NCBI GenBank assembly: GCA_963804645.1
Contig: CAWDRG010000010.1
Coordinates: 1 to 64,000 of the forward strand
From: an uncultured Bacillota bacterium
Lineage (GTDB): Bacteria; Sysuimicrobiota; Sysuimicrobiia; Sysuimicrobiales; Segetimicrobiaceae
Reading direction: 5' to 3'
DNA: 64,000 nt
Shown here: in pieces, positions 19,619-29,627 of the stretch
Layout: each line of letters begins with the position of its first letter
Position numbering within the stretch: position 1 is the stretch's first letter
Position numbers and translations under genes: made by a program
Notes under the pieces: generated by a model
Seen by the model: the letters and a program-made list of their open reading frames with translations, nothing else
Told to the model about the DNA's origin: nothing
Databases searched by the model: none

Positions 19619-21238
19619 ATGGAGCGACCTGGACTGACCCGACGCCAGCTGATCCGGCGGGGAGTGGTCGGCGCCGCAGGCGCGCTGTTCGGCCCCGGGC
19701 TCGAACTCCTCCGCCCCGCGCTCGGCGCGGCCGCGTCGGCTGACCTCACGATCGCCACCACCGCCGATCAGGAGCCGGCCTCCCTCGACGGGCAGGTCGA
19801 CCCCTACCAGTCGGCGTGGCTCTACAACTCCTTCGTCACCGATCCGCTCGTCGTGCTCTCTCCCTCCGGCAAGTACCTCCCCAACATCGCGACCCAGTGG
19901 AGCGTCTCCTCGCAGGGCCGGATCTGGACGCTCTCGCTCCGCCCGGGGGTCACGTTCCAGGACGGGACGCCGCTGGACGCGGACGCGGTCAAGTTCAACA
20001 TCGACCGCGTGATGAACCCCGACACCCACTCGGCGCTGATGGCCAACTACCTCGGGGTGAAGAACTTCCTCAAGACGGAGGCGATCGACAAGAACACGAT
20101 CGAGTTCATCTACAGTTCGCCGGTCCCGGCGCTGTTGTACGGGCTCAGCATCTGCCCGATCTGGTCGCCGGCCGCGATCCGGCAGTACGGCACGAGCTTC
20201 CAGCAGCACCTCGTCGGCGAGGGCGCGTTCAAACTCACCGAGTGGGTCCGAGGCGATCACGTGAAGTTCGTCAAAAACCCCGGATACCGCGGCGGGCCGC
20301 CCGTCCAGGATCATACGGGCGCAGCGTACCTCGACAGCATCACGGTGAAGTTCGTCGGAGACGCGGGCGTCCTCGGGCAGGTGCTGAAGACCAACGAGGT
20401 CCAGATGGTCGCCGGCCTGCCGGCGCAGGCCCTGCCGACCTACGCACACGATCCCAACTTCCAGGTCATCGCCGGGTACCAGCCGGGGAACGGGCTCATG
20501 TTCACGATGAACACGAGCCGTCCGGGGCTGAACGACATCCGGGTGCGCCGCGCGCTGCGGTACGCGTACGACCAGGACAAGATGAACCAGACCCTCTACA
20601 ACGGCACCTACACGGTCGTCAAAGGACCGCTCACCAAGTACACGCTCTATTATTGGAAGGGTGCGGAGCAGGCCTATACCTACGATCCCGCCAAGGCGAA
20701 GGCGATGCTCGACGACGCCGGGTGGAAGGTCAACGGCAGCACCGGTATCCGCGAGCAGAACGGCAAACCGCTCGCCCTCACGATGATCATGCTCCACCAC
20801 CAGGAGATCGGCGAGTACCTGGCCGCCCAGTTCCGGGACATCGGCGTGTCGCTCACGCCCCAGGTCGTGCCGGGTCCGGTGCAGCTGCAGCGCGCGCAGA
20901 GCGGCGACTTCGACCTGATGTACGAGCGCCTGCGCAGCTACGAGCCGGACATCCTGTACGATGAGTACTACTCGAAGAACGCCGTCCCGGGCGGCTGGGC
21001 GTGGTCGCGTTATCAGAACGCGGACCTCGACAAGCTGCTGCTCGAGAGCCAAGGGACGACCGATCCCATGGTGCGCCAGACCGCGTTCCAGAACGTGCAG
21101 AAGTTGGTCACCGAGCAGGCGCTGGCCCTCCCGACCCTCGACGATCCGCAGTTCTACGCGATGCCGAAGAGCGTGAAGGGGTTCAAGCTCGGGGCGGTCG
21201 GCGGCTGGTTCTTCGTCAATGACATCCGGATATCGTAA
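19619..21238 (+). CDS. Family 5 ABC substrate-binding protein with twin-arginine-like signal
   Basis: TRRQLIRRG N-terminus; GVTFQDGTP, DIRVRRAL. Confidence 0.88.
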   Translation: MERPGLTRRQLIRRGVVGAAGALFGPGLELLRPALGAAASADLTIATTADQEPASLDGQVDPYQSAWLYNSFVTDPLVVLSPSGKYLPNIATQWSVSSQGRIWTLSLRPGVTFQDGTPLDADAVKFNIDRVMNPDTHSALMANYLGVKNFLKTEAIDKNTIEFIYSSPVPALLYGLSICPIWSPAAIRQYGTSFQQHLVGEGAFKLTEWVRGDHVKFVKNPGYRGGPPVQDHTGAAYLDSITVKFVGDAGVLGQVLKTNEVQMVAGLPAQALPTYAHDPNFQVIAGYQPGNGLMFTMNTSRPGLNDIRVRRALRYAYDQDKMNQTLYNGTYTVVKGPLTKYTLYYWKGAEQAYTYDPAKAKAMLDDAGWKVNGSTGIREQNGKPLALTMIMLHHQEIGEYLAAQFRDIGVSLTPQVVPGPVQLQRAQSGDFDLMYERLRSYEPDILYDEYYSKNAVPGGWAWSRYQNADLDKLLLESQGTTDPMVRQTAFQNVQKLVTEQALALPTLDDPQFYAMPKSVKGFKLGAVGGWFFVNDIRIS

Positions 21239-21312
21239 CACACCCGCACGGGTGCGGAGCCGGCGGCGGGATCGCTCCGACGCCGGCGCGATGCGCGCGG
21301 CGGACTGACCGC

Positions 21313-22245
21313 GTGGGGAGCTACCTCGGCCAGCGGATTGCGGTGCTGGTCCCGGTCGTGCTGCTCGTCTTTTCAGCGGTGTTTGCGATCCTGCACGTGC
21401 TGCCTGGCGACCCGGTCCAATTGATGCTCGCCGGGGCCGAGGCGGGCGTGACGACCCCGGAGCGCATCGCGCAGCTGCGGAAGAGCATGGGGCTCGATCT
21501 CCCGCTGCACGTGCAGTACGGCCGGTTCATCGCCGACGCCCTGCGCGGCGACCTCGGGGAGTCGATCCGGTTCCAGGCACCGGTCAACGACCTCGTCGCG
21601 ACGGCCGCGCGGCAGACGCTGGAGCTGAGCCTGGCCGGCATGGTGGCGGCGCTCGCGATCGGGATCCCGCTCGGCATCCTTGCCGGGCTGCACGAGAACG
21701 GTTGGGTCGACAGCCTCTGCATGCTGGTGGCGCTCCTCGGCGTGTCGATGCCGCTGTTCTGGCTCGGGCTCCTGCTGATCCTGTTCGTGTCGATCCACCT
21801 CCAATGGCTGCCGGCGATCAGCGGCGACCAGCTGCGGGGGATCATCCTGCCGGCGTTCACGCTGGGGTTTGTGTCCGCGGGCATCATCAGCCGGCTCATG
21901 CGCGCGAGCCTCATCGACGCGCTGCGGAACGACTACGTGCGCACCGCGATGGCCAAGGGACTCCCCCGAAGCGTGGTCGCCACCAAGCACGCGCTCCGGA
22001 ACGCCCTCATCCCGGTGATCACGATCGCCGGCCTCCAGTTTGGCGGCATGCTGAGCGGCGCCGTCATCACCGAGACGGTGTTCAGCCGTCCGGGCCTCGG
22101 GTCCCTCATCGTCAAGGCGATCTTGTGGCATGACTATCCGCTCATTCAAGGAGCCGTCCTCCTCACGTCCGTCTCCTACGTCGTCGTGAACCTCGGGATC
22201 GACGTCCTGTATGCGTGGGTCGACCCACGGATTCGCTATGCGTGA
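21313..22245 (+). CDS. ABC transporter permease (DppB type)
   Basis: PGDP, GDLGES, DYVRTAMAKGL, HALRNALIP. Confidence 0.92.
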   Translation: MGSYLGQRIAVLVPVVLLVFSAVFAILHVLPGDPVQLMLAGAEAGVTTPERIAQLRKSMGLDLPLHVQYGRFIADALRGDLGESIRFQAPVNDLVATAARQTLELSLAGMVAALAIGIPLGILAGLHENGWVDSLCMLVALLGVSMPLFWLGLLLILFVSIHLQWLPAISGDQLRGIILPAFTLGFVSAGIISRLMRASLIDALRNDYVRTAMAKGLPRSVVATKHALRNALIPVITIAGLQFGGMLSGAVITETVFSRPGLGSLIVKAILWHDYPLIQGAVLLTSVSYVVVNLGIDVLYAWVDPRIRYA

Positions 22246-22254
22246 GACGGCACG

Positions 22255-23142
22255 ATGGTAACGCACGCGCCGGCGCGGCCCGCACTTCGGATCGCGGGGG
22301 CGCGGCGCCGGGCGGGCGTCATGTGGCGCACGTTCGGCAGGCACCGCGGAGCGGTGGGCGGCACGATCGTCCTGCTGCTGTGGATCGGCATCGCGGTCTT
22401 CGCGCCCCACCTCGCCCCGTACGACCCGCTGTCGCTGAGCGGCGTCGGGCGGCAGCCCCCCTCCGCCCCGCACCCGATGGGCACCGACCTGCTCGGGCGC
22501 GACATCCTGAGCCGCGTGATGTTCGGCGCACGCATCTCACTCGCGATCGGGCTGATCAGCGTCGCGATCGGCGGCGTCTCGGGATCGGCGATGGGAGTCG
22601 TCGCAGGGTACCACGGCGGTCGGATCGACGGGGTCCTGATGCGGATCGTCGATGCGATGCTGGCGTTTCCCGGGCTGCTCCTGGCGCTGATGGTCATCGC
22701 GGCGCTCGGCCCGGGCCTCACGAACGTGATGCTGGCCGTGGGGGTCTCCTCCATCCCGCTCTACGCGCGCCTCGTGCGCGGGCTCTGCCTCGGCATCCGT
22801 CAGATCGAGTACGTTCAGGCGGCACACGCGATAGGAGGGTCCGATGCCCGGATCATGCTCAGACACGTCACGCCCAACATTCTCGGACCGGTCGTGGTCC
22901 TCTCGACGCTCCAAGTCGGCAGCGCGATTCTCGTCGGCTCGGCCCTCAGCTACCTCGGGATGGGCGCGCAGCCGCCGACGCCGGAGTGGGGGCTCATGAC
23001 CTCCGAGGGGCAGGCCTACCTCGCCGGAGAGTGGTGGATCTCGACGTTTCCCGGCTTCGCCATCCTATCCGCGGTGCTCGCGATCAATCTGATGGGCGAC
23101 GGGCTGCGCGCCGCCCTCGACCCCCGGTCGACGTACCGATGA
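22255..23142 (+). CDS. ABC transporter permease (DppC type)
   Basis: HPMGTDLLGRD, EYVQAAHAIG, PPTPEWG. Confidence 0.92.
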   Translation: MVTHAPARPALRIAGARRRAGVMWRTFGRHRGAVGGTIVLLLWIGIAVFAPHLAPYDPLSLSGVGRQPPSAPHPMGTDLLGRDILSRVMFGARISLAIGLISVAIGGVSGSAMGVVAGYHGGRIDGVLMRIVDAMLAFPGLLLALMVIAALGPGLTNVMLAVGVSSIPLYARLVRGLCLGIRQIEYVQAAHAIGGSDARIMLRHVTPNILGPVVVLSTLQVGSAILVGSALSYLGMGAQPPTPEWGLMTSEGQAYLAGEWWISTFPGFAILSAVLAINLMGDGLRAALDPRSTYR

Positions 23143-24140
23143 GCGCAACACGGGCGGTCTCGTCTCCCATCCGCATCGGCATCATCGGCGCCGGCATCGC
23201 CGGCGAACGTCACGCGGAGGCGTTCTCCAGGCACCCGGGGGCCGTCGTGGCGGCGTTCGCCGAGATCGACGCCGGTCGCGGGGCGCGCGTTGCGGCCCGC
23301 TTCAACGCGCGCCACTACACGGACTACCGCGACATGCTTGACGCCGGCGTCGATGCGGTCATCGTCTGTCTCCCTCACGCGATGCACCGCCGGTGCGCCC
23401 AAGAGGCCGCCCAGGCGGGCGCGCACATCCTCATGGAAAAGCCGCTCGCCACAACGCTCGAGGACGCGGCGGCGATCCTGGACGCCGTCGACCGGGCAGG
23501 CGTCCGGCTCATGCTCGGCTACGTCCACCGGTTCCGGCCGGAGGTCGAGACCGCACGGCAGTTGATCCAGAGCGGCCAACTCGGCCGCCCGGCGACCGCC
23601 CTCGACCGCTTCATGAGCGGCGGCATGGGGGACACCCCCCGATGGGTCTGGCATCCTCAGGAGGCGGGCGGCGGCGTCATCATGTACGGCGGCGTGCACG
23701 CGATCGACCGGCTCCGCTGGCTCCTGGGCGCGGAGATCACGGAGGTCTACGCGCGCACCAGCGTCTACTCCAATCCCGCCCCCGTCGAAGACGGGGTGTG
23801 CGCGGTGCTGACGTTTGCCACCGGCGCGAGCGCCGTGTTGTACGAAAACGCGCCGGGATTCGGCCGCCTCGGCCCGTGGACGACCGAGGTGTTCGGGACC
23901 GAGGGGGCGCTGATCATCACGACGGGCGCCGGGGTCGAGTACCGAAACGCGGAAGGCGTGCGGCGGTGGGATTATCCCGAGGACCAGCGGTTCGCCCAGC
24001 AGGCGGCGGAGTTTCTCGCCGCGATCACCGAGCGCCGACCTCCATCTGTCAGCGGAGAAGACGGGCTGCGCGGGCTTGAGGTCGCGCTGGCGATCTACCG
24101 GTCCGCGGCCAGCGGCCGCCCGGAGCGCGTGCGAGCGTAG
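23139..24140 (+). CDS. Gfo/Idh/MocA-family oxidoreductase
   Basis: IGIIGAG, EKP, GVHAID; ATGA overlap with upstream stop. Confidence 0.9.
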   Translation: MSATRAVSSPIRIGIIGAGIAGERHAEAFSRHPGAVVAAFAEIDAGRGARVAARFNARHYTDYRDMLDAGVDAVIVCLPHAMHRRCAQEAAQAGAHILMEKPLATTLEDAAAILDAVDRAGVRLMLGYVHRFRPEVETARQLIQSGQLGRPATALDRFMSGGMGDTPRWVWHPQEAGGGVIMYGGVHAIDRLRWLLGAEITEVYARTSVYSNPAPVEDGVCAVLTFATGASAVLYENAPGFGRLGPWTTEVFGTEGALIITTGAGVEYRNAEGVRRWDYPEDQRFAQQAAEFLAAITERRPPSVSGEDGLRGLEVALAIYRSAASGRPERVRA

Positions 24141-24179
24141 GCCCTCCGCGCCGGCCGGTCGCCGATCACAACTCCGCGA

Positions 24180-25562
24180 TCACAGCAACGGCCGCAGCCA
24201 CCGCCCCCATCCGGCGTCTCCGACCACGCGGCCGGCCCGCATCACGACGCGCCCGCGCACAACCGTCGTGACGGGCCGGCCCCGCATCCGCATCCCGTCG
24301 TAGCAGAGTGCGGTGTCCCGGGACTTGGTGTATAGCTGCCGGTGGTCGTGGACGTACTCCGCGGCCACGTCGACCAGCGTCAGGTCGGCGTCCGCTCCCA
24401 CGGCGAGGGTTCCTTTCCGCGGCCACAGCCCGAACAGCTTCGCGGGATTCTCGCAGACGAGACGCACGAGCTTCGAGAGCGTCAGCCGGCCTCGGTGCAC
24501 CGCGGTCAGCATCAACGGCAGAAATTCCTCGAGCCCCGGAAGTCCGGGCGGAGCGGCCCAGATGTCGCCGTCCACGGGACCCTTCTCGCGCACGAGAAAG
24601 GGCGAGTGGTCGGTGCCGATCACATCGATCCGTCCGTCTGCGACCGCCTCCCACAGCCGGTCCTGCATCTCCGCCAGTCGAAGCGGCGGATTGCATTTCG
24701 CGTACGGCCCCCACTGCTCCAGCGCATCCTCGTTCAACATCAGGTAGTGCGGACACGTCTCGGCCGTCACGGGAAGCCCGCGGCGCTTGGCATCGCCTAT
24801 GAGCTCCATCGCCTCCGGCGCGCTGACGTGCGCAATCTGAAGACGGGCGCCCGTCGCCGCAGCGAGCGCGATGCACTGCCCGACCGACAGCGTCTCCGCG
24901 AGGGGCGGCCGCGCCCACGCGTGCACCCGTCCGTCGCGGCGGCCGGTGGCGCGAGCCCGTGCCTCGGTCACATCCACCAGTTGCTGGTCCTCGGCGTGGA
25001 CCACGTGCAGCCGTCCGGTGCGGGCGGTCCGCTCCATCACCTCGAACATGCGGCCAGCGTCCGGGCAGGAGATCCCGAGAAATTCGGCCTCACGCCCCGA
25101 GGCCGGGGTGGTGCGAAACGTCTTGAACGCGATCGCCCCGGCCTCCGCCATCCCGGCAATCTCCTCGAGATTGTCGTGGCTGGCTCCCGCGTACAGACCG
25201 AAATCCACGAGCGACTTGGGTCCGACGATCTCCGCACGCTCTCGCAAAATCACCGCCGTATGCACCGGGGGCTTCGCGATCGGCATTTCGAGGATCGTCG
25301 TCACCCCGCCGGCGGCTGCGGCCTGCGTCCCCGTGGTCCAGTCCTCCCGCTCGAGCACGCCGGGGTCCCGGAGGTGCACGTGCGTGTCGATCACGCCAGG
25401 CAGGACGTACAGGCCCGCGGCGTCGATCGTGTCCCGGGCGTCCGGCAGCGCGTCGTCGCGGTCGACCGCCACGATCTTCCCATCGGTCACCGCGACGCCC
25501 CCGCGCCAGGCCGCGTCCGGCGTCACCACCGTCCCCCCGCGCACGACCAGGTCGGCGATCAC
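24180..25562 (-). CDS. Cyclic amidohydrolase (allantoinase/dihydroorotase family)
   Basis: PGVIDTHVH, AFK, VHAED, IAHVS, ETCPHYL, KCNPPLR, GTDHSP. Confidence 0.9.
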   Translation of the reverse strand: MIADLVVRGGTVVTPDAAWRGGVAVTDGKIVAVDRDDALPDARDTIDAAGLYVLPGVIDTHVHLRDPGVLEREDWTTGTQAAAAGGVTTILEMPIAKPPVHTAVILRERAEIVGPKSLVDFGLYAGASHDNLEEIAGMAEAGAIAFKTFRTTPASGREAEFLGISCPDAGRMFEVMERTARTGRLHVVHAEDQQLVDVTEARARATGRRDGRVHAWARPPLAETLSVGQCIALAAATGARLQIAHVSAPEAMELIGDAKRRGLPVTAETCPHYLMLNEDALEQWGPYAKCNPPLRLAEMQDRLWEAVADGRIDVIGTDHSPFLVREKGPVDGDIWAAPPGLPGLEEFLPLMLTAVHRGRLTLSKLVRLVCENPAKLFGLWPRKGTLAVGADADLTLVDVAAEYVHDHRQLYTKSRDTALCYDGMRMRGRPVTTVVRGRVVMRAGRVVGDAGWGRWLRPLL

Positions 25563-25664
25563 GATGTCACCTCGTTCCCCACGAAGGTCCCCGCATCGCG
25601 CACCGGGCGTAGACGATGCGGCTCCGCTCGCGGGCTGGCGCGGATCGCGGCTCCCGGGACACGT

Positions 25665-26672
25665 TCATCCCACCTTCAGCAGCCTTGCCAAGTTCTTGCC
25701 CAGCACTTTCGTCTCGCGCTCGGGCCCAAGGTTGAGGCTGCGCACCGTGTCGACCGGCGTCTCGTCCCCCATGTTGAACGGATAGTCGGTGCCGACCACC
25801 ACGTGATCGTCCCCCAGTCGGTCGAGCAGGAATCGCAGCGACAGCGCGTTGTGGGTCAAACTGTCGCAGTAGAGGTTCTCGAGAAACTCGCTGGGGCGCC
25901 GGGACAGACGTTGGCGGGCCGCACGCCGCGCCGCAAACCCGTGGTCCAACCGTCCGACCTGGTAGGGAAAGTACCCGCCGCCGTGCGCCAGAATGACCTG
26001 CAGCCTCGGAAACCTCTCGAACACGCCCCCGAAAATCAGCCGCGAGGCCGCGAGCGACGTCTCCGTCGGAAATCCCACCAAATTCCACAGGTCGTAGTCG
26101 TGCAGGCGGCGCATGTCGCCCCAATTCTGCGGATGGAGGAACAACGGCGCGCGGAGACGTTCCGCCGCGGCGTACACGACGTCCAAGCTCGGATGGTCCA
26201 GATCCATCCCGTTGATATGTGTGCAGATCTCGGCCCCGCGAAGGCCCAGCACCGTGACCGCCCGCTCCAGCTCCCGGGCGGCTGCGTCGCCGCTCTGCAT
26301 CGGAAGCGTGGCCAGCCCGAGAAACCGGTCCGGATGTCCTCGCACCATTTCCGCGAAGCCGTCGTTCTGCATCCGGGCGATGCGTTCGCCGACCTCGGGT
26401 GCCGTCCAGTAGTAGAACTCCTCGGGCGACGGCCCGAGGACCGCCGCGTCCAGCTTTCTGCGGTTCAACGCCTCGATGATCAACCGCTCATCGTACAACT
26501 CGACCTTGAGGGTCGTCCCAGGCTCCAAGACGACGTCGGCGGGAGCGTGATAGATCATGCGTTCCACGCCGTCGCGTCGCTCTGTCTGCACGGTATCGGC
26601 GAACGTGCCACGGCGCACCGCGTCGACGAACCGGGGGGAAATCACATGGCAGTGGATGTCAATCGATTCCAC
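25665..26672 (-). CDS. Amidohydrolase_2 family (ACMSD-like decarboxylase/hydratase)
   Basis: IDIHCH, LFLHP, LAHGGG, GTDYPF. Confidence 0.88.
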   Translation of the reverse strand: MESIDIHCHVISPRFVDAVRRGTFADTVQTERRDGVERMIYHAPADVVLEPGTTLKVELYDERLIIEALNRRKLDAAVLGPSPEEFYYWTAPEVGERIARMQNDGFAEMVRGHPDRFLGLATLPMQSGDAAARELERAVTVLGLRGAEICTHINGMDLDHPSLDVVYAAAERLRAPLFLHPQNWGDMRRLHDYDLWNLVGFPTETSLAASRLIFGGVFERFPRLQVILAHGGGYFPYQVGRLDHGFAARRAARQRLSRRPSEFLENLYCDSLTHNALSLRFLLDRLGDDHVVVGTDYPFNMGDETPVDTVRSLNLGPERETKVLGKNLARLLKVG

Positions 26673-26752
26673 GATGTCTACCGCCTCCGAAAGCGATTTC
26701 GGCCGTCAGCCGGGCCGCCGAGAGCCATCCGTTGGCCTCGTCCGGCGACGGG

Positions 26753-27877
26753 CTATCGGCGAAGCTCCAACACGCTCAACCCTCGGTATCGATCGATGAG
26801 ATAGACCAGACCGCGATCGTCCACGAACACGTCGTTGGACTGCGGGACGAATCCGCGCGCGCCGTCACCCGGCACGTAGCGAGCGATCTCTTGCGGGCGG
26901 TACGGGTTCGAGATGTCCACCGCCCGCAGCCCGCCGCTGAACCAGGTCACGTACACGATGTTATCGTCGCGAATGTGCTCCCACGGCTGATGCGCTCCGA
27001 ACCGCTTGCCGGGCACGATCAGATCGTCCGGCTCCGCCTGATAAGTCGCGACCGGCACGGGGCGGGCTTCGTGGGTGATGTCCAACATCCACATGAACGC
27101 GGGCGGATCCTCGAGCACGTCGTCCTCCACGTCCTCGTCGGTCACGACCGCGAACCGCCGGTTGCGAATCAAGTGCGGCACCGGCAGAAACGTGTGCGTC
27201 GGCGGCTCGTACGGGGGGTTCCACGCGGTGGCACCCACGGTGCGCGGGTGCGCCGGGTCGGAGATATCCACAATCACCGCGCCCTCCCGCCCGCACGCCA
27301 GGTACGCTCGGTTCCCCCGAGCGAGTGCCAGATGGACCCAGTACCCGCGGGGCGGAGGTGGCGCCCCGGGGATCTGACCCGGCAACGCCCAATGCCCCAC
27401 GACGCTCGGCGATGCGGGATTCGAGATATCCAGGATCAGCATGATGTTGCGCTGAAACGCCTCCCAGGTCGTGGACAGAAACACGTGATCTCCTTGAAGA
27501 TCGAACCGGTGCACGCCCCGAGCCTGCGTCCGAAAAAACGCAATCTCGCGCGGGCGGCATCGATCGGCGATGTCGAACAGCTTGACCCCGACCGGACGCT
27601 CGTGTGAATCATCGTCCTCCGGGAACCGCTCGTAATTCACGAGCATCACGTCCCCGGTCACCCGCACCTTATGGGAGTGGATATCCGCGGGCACGCTGAT
27701 CTGGGACACCACCCGCATCTTGGCCGGATCGCGCACGTCCACGATCGTCGTACCGACCGGAGGTGCCATGTGGCCGATATAGGCGAATCCGCCCTCGACG
27801 ACGACCTGCCCGCCGCCCGGAAGGTCGAGATACCCCACCGGCCGGAATGCCGCGACTGTCTCCCGTACGTTCGTCAT
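26753..27877 (-). CDS. LVIVD-repeat beta-propeller protein
   Basis: Repeated TIVDVRDP, LFDIADR, ILDISNP, IVDISDP, MLDIT, AVDISNP; conserved His motifs. Confidence 0.85.
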   Translation of the reverse strand: MTNVRETVAAFRPVGYLDLPGGGQVVVEGGFAYIGHMAPPVGTTIVDVRDPAKMRVVSQISVPADIHSHKVRVTGDVMLVNYERFPEDDDSHERPVGVKLFDIADRCRPREIAFFRTQARGVHRFDLQGDHVFLSTTWEAFQRNIMLILDISNPASPSVVGHWALPGQIPGAPPPPRGYWVHLALARGNRAYLACGREGAVIVDISDPAHPRTVGATAWNPPYEPPTHTFLPVPHLIRNRRFAVVTDEDVEDDVLEDPPAFMWMLDITHEARPVPVATYQAEPDDLIVPGKRFGAHQPWEHIRDDNIVYVTWFSGGLRAVDISNPYRPQEIARYVPGDGARGFVPQSNDVFVDDRGLVYLIDRYRGLSVLELRR

Positions 27878-28067
27878 CGGTTCTGATCCCGCTCCACTGC
27901 GAATGACTTGCGCCCCGCTCCGCCCATCGTGCAGCGTCTCCCGCCCCCGCGCATGCTGGCGCCGCTCACCTCTTGGATGCGCGCGGCAACTCCACGGCGG
28001 GCCGGTCCGGACTCTGCTTGGATCGCCGTGGTTGAAGTTGACCCGTTGCCGAACCCTGGTCGAGGCG

Positions 28068-28586
28068 CTATTTCAGGACTCGTCCGAAGAGATACGTATC
28101 CATGTATCGGCCGGTATCGAGCGCAATTCCCGCCTTGCGCCGGCCCTCAAGGCGGAATCCGAATCGCCGTGCCAATCGTATGCTGGCGACGTTCTCGACC
28201 GCAATTTCAGCCTCGACCCGCTTGAAACCTCTCCGTTTTGCCTCTGCCAGCACCGCCTCCACCAACCGCGTTGCAATTCCCCGTCCCGCATACTCGTGAC
28301 GGACGACCCACCCAAGCTCTCCGCGATGCTTGGTCCGGCCGCGTGCTCTGGCAACGAAGCCGCACGACCCGAGGACGCGATTCTTGCCGTCGACCGCGAC
28401 GAACGTAAACTCGTTCCGTTTTCGGTCAGCGTAGCGCTTGCGGAATCTCTCAACGTCCGACCCCGGTCTGCGCTGCGTCCCCGTATAGGGCAGGTGGCCC
28501 GCTCGAAAGTCCCTATTCCAGGCGTCAATGAAGCCTTTTGCATCGGACTTCCGTGCGAGCCGGATAGAAACCGCTGGCTGTGTCAC
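28068..28586 (-). CDS. GNAT acetyltransferase (YhhY/RimJ-like)
   Basis: YAGRGIATRL acetyl-CoA motif, N.ASIRLARRFGF..EG; GTG start after GGAGGGG; lower GC. Confidence 0.85.
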   Translation of the reverse strand: MTQPAVSIRLARKSDAKGFIDAWNRDFRAGHLPYTGTQRRPGSDVERFRKRYADRKRNEFTFVAVDGKNRVLGSCGFVARARGRTKHRGELGWVVRHEYAGRGIATRLVEAVLAEAKRRGFKRVEAEIAVENVASIRLARRFGFRLEGRRKAGIALDTGRYMDTYLFGRVLK

Positions 28587-28973
28587 ACGTACCCCTCCAC
28601 CCGTGCCGGGATCCCACCTATGATGCACCACTGCCGACAAGAAGTACGCGATACACTCCATCTTTTCCCGGCGCGATCAAGGTCCGCGACCGACTGCCAT
28701 GTTGCGCGTCACGCGTGACCCAGCCGTCCGCCACACGCGTGCACACGTGGTCCGCCGCCGAATGCCCCGTCCGGGCGCGGTGGGCACCCCGAATTCCGGC
28801 AGGAGATCCCGATTGCGCCCGGAATGACTGCGCGCGAGCGCTACGGACGGTCTGACCTCGATCATACAATCCACCGCGACGTCCAAGACCGCCAAGAAGG
28901 GAGTGCACACATTGTCTCGCTGTTCGAACTTACCCGCTGGAAGGTCCCGATGGTGTCCCGAAGAGGTGGCCGG

Positions 28974-29618
28974 ATGACGCCCTCACCGGTCATTCGGCGC
29001 GTGGTGCTGTGGCGGTGGCGCGAGCGCACGACGCCGGAGCAGAAGCTGAGGGCCAAAGAGGGCCTCGCCTACGTCAGCTACGCCAGCCCGAGCGCGGCCG
29101 CGATCGACTTCGGCGAGGACCTCGGACTCGCCCGCGAGGCGAACTACGGGCTGGCGCTCCTCCGTGATCACCGCGACAAGGCGGCGTGGGACGTCTACAA
29201 GGAGGATCCGCAGCACTACCGCGTCGGCGACTTCATCGACACGCTGACCCTTGAGGAGGTCACCGCGCGGGCGGACTACCTGTACCCGGGACCGGCGTCG
29301 GTCCAGGGGCGGGTGCGGCACCTGGCGCTCTACGTCTGGCGAGACGGCGTCGACGAGCGCGGCAGGCGAGAGGCGCGCCGCGCCCTCGCGGCGCTGCGCG
29401 CCGACTGCGGCGGTCTATACGCGCTCGAGGTCGCCGAGGACCTCGGCTGGGCGACGATCGGGAGAGCCGATCTCGTGGTCGAAGCCCACTTCCTCGACGA
29501 GACGCGCGCCAAGGAGTTTCTCGCCCATCCCGTCTACCGCGAGGCATCGGCGCTGCTCGCGTCGCTGACTCGGCCCGAGCGCACGGCGCAGATCCAGCAC
29601 CGGATGAAGTCCGGGTGA
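28974..29618 (+). CDS. Dabb (stress-responsive alpha/beta barrel) protein, two domains
   Basis: IRRVVLWRW...FGEDLG...Y..DP.H and VRHLALY...F.AHP.Y halves. Confidence 0.75.
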   Translation: MTPSPVIRRVVLWRWRERTTPEQKLRAKEGLAYVSYASPSAAAIDFGEDLGLAREANYGLALLRDHRDKAAWDVYKEDPQHYRVGDFIDTLTLEEVTARADYLYPGPASVQGRVRHLALYVWRDGVDERGRREARRALAALRADCGGLYALEVAEDLGWATIGRADLVVEAHFLDETRAKEFLAHPVYREASALLASLTRPERTAQIQHRMKSG

Positions 29619-29627
29619 GCCTCGTCG

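Noticed and set aside
18311..21241. 976-aa minus-strand ORF and other long antisense or overlapping ORFs (e.g. 24342-26804, 40379-42541, 59696-61735)
   Set aside because: Shadow frames of real genes in high-GC DNA; no recognisable motifs
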